64,000 bases of DNA from Convolutriloba macropyga (Eukaryota): positions 26,350,001 to 26,414,000 of the forward strand of contig NC_134471.1 in assembly GCF_964194025.1 (NCBI RefSeq). Direction: 5' to 3'. The notes below the pieces were generated by a model. That model made no database searches, was not told the origin of the DNA, and was given only the letters and a program-made list of their open reading frames with translations. Below, piece by piece: positions 62,819 to 64,000 of the stretch. The position numbers and the translations under genes were made by a program. Each line of letters starts with the position of its first letter. The first letter of the stretch is position 1.

Positions 62819-64000
62819 ATAAGAGATTGCCCAAGGGCATTGTTCTCGTAGTGTTTCTTAAAGTTGAGGTATCACTGCAAATACCAGAGCTCAGTGAAAA
62901 TATCTCTAAATCTGACTAAACCGGAATTGAAAGACTGCAACCGGAGAGCGCCTTTCCGAGGAAAAGCAGAATGTGAGTCATGCAAAAATTGGTTTCAATC
63001 AAAATGCCAGATATCAAATGAGGAGTACGCCAACATGCAGGATGTTGTTTGAATTTGTACGTATTGCAGCAATCCACAGTCGGAAGGGCAAGTTGAGGAG
63101 ATGAAATTGTTCAAAAATATGTGGATGATACTATCTGCACAGTTCCTGGTGAACCGGAAAAGTACTTGAAATTTGCCAATTCATTACACAAAAAATCTGC
63201 AATGTACCTTAGAAAAAATGAACATGGAAAAGGATTTGGCTTTTCTTGATATCAGCGTATATGTGAGCAGGGAAAATAGAATCCCCTGTAATTGGTATCA
63301 AAAACAAACTAGCACAGGAATAAAAACTGAATTTTCTCTGCTCTGCACGGTTTCAGCATAAAAAAATGGGGTTTTCTGGCCCCCTAGATTAGTGGACACA
63401 TATAATTTGCTTCCCCCAAACGTACGTGCCATGTTTTCACATAAAGATTTGCAAAATGATTTGTAATGGAACGTGCTATCGTAACTGGGTGGCGCATAAC
63501 GTACTGGGGTGAGGCGCAAAGTGAAAAGATCCAAAAAATGTGATTCAAGGGACGGTTCACATGGTTTTCAAAGCAACATCTAAGTGGCCTCCGATCAAGC
63601 GCTCGAAGAACAAGACATGCTGAACCAAGTATCAGTACCCAGATGAATGGTCTTCAAAACTAGTCAACAGATCATACAAAAAATAATAGTTTGCAGTCAA
63701 GATTAATTGAAAACAGCACCAAAAGAGCATCAAAAACGAAAGATCAGATCTCATCATAAATCAACAATTTTTCTCCGATAGAGAAGCAACAAAAATCAAA
63801 ATTTTGCAAGCAAATTGAAGAACCTATGCCACTTGCAGGTTGTTTTCGAAACGGGAAAAATAAGATCATGCCTCACCACCCTTAAATCATCTCTGGATTG
63901 AGACATGAAATCCCACGTGGTATATGAGATAAACTGTAATTTATGCGGATCTATCTATTTTGAAAAGGCAATCAGGCATATTACCACTAAAATATCAGAA
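62819..64000 (+). mobile_element. Decayed Penelope-like retroelement: RT with embedded PHD finger, then GIY-YIG endonuclease (runs off the window)
   Basis: YVDD at 63118, ANSLHKNLQ.TLE, LAFLDI, WYQKQTSTG, then KSHVVYEINCNLCGSIYF (GIY-YIG-like) at ~63908-63962. PHD-like Cys pattern at 62922-63067. Confidence 0.82.
63369..63532. mobile_element. 164-bp insertion with 8-bp target-site duplication inside the Penelope-like ORF
   Basis: AAAAAATG at 63361-63368 and 63533-63540; removing the insert restores FQHKKNVIQGTVH. Confidence 0.7.

Noticed and set aside
62615-62851. 78-aa ORF as the N-terminus of the Penelope-like protein
   Set aside because: No RT motif A or other recognisable motif; its relationship to the element cannot be supported.

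Overview
AT-rich eukaryotic (animal-like) genomic DNA with GT-AG spliceosomal introns, dominated by transposable elements and local tandem duplications. Four host genes can be built by hand: (1) an unnamed coiled-coil protein gene on the minus strand (6 phase-consistent exons between 23014 and 9813, with no stop found, so it probably runs off the left edge); (2) CFAP299/C4orf22 on the plus strand, head-to-head with it (5 exons, 24297-40942, 237 aa); (3) an intronless linker-histone H1/H5-like gene (44570-45112, -); (4) an intronless eIF3k (56607-57278, -). Mobile DNA comprises an 8.4-kb LTR element with ~2.26-kb LTRs, no recognisable RT or integrase and orphan ORFs (1067-9429); a full-length but disabled Mag-like Ty3/Gypsy element in CFAP299 intron 4 (31289-38222); a partly duplicated 5' LTR+gag of a second Gypsy-like element (57854-61943); a family of 2.2-2.4-kb Helentron/DINE-1-like non-autonomous elements; Tc1, L2/CR1-type LINE and MITE remnants; and a decayed Penelope-like element that appears to carry a PHD finger inserted inside its RT palm (62819-64000). 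Three head-to-tail duplications of 4.7, 3.5 and ~2 kb are present. The best candidates for novelty are the PHD-in-RT Penelope-like element, the pol-less giant-LTR element with a hairpin-repeat array in its LTR, and a dispersed/tandem family made of a conserved motif plus a variable G-tract. All calls come from manual reading and remembered family motifs; no searches were run.
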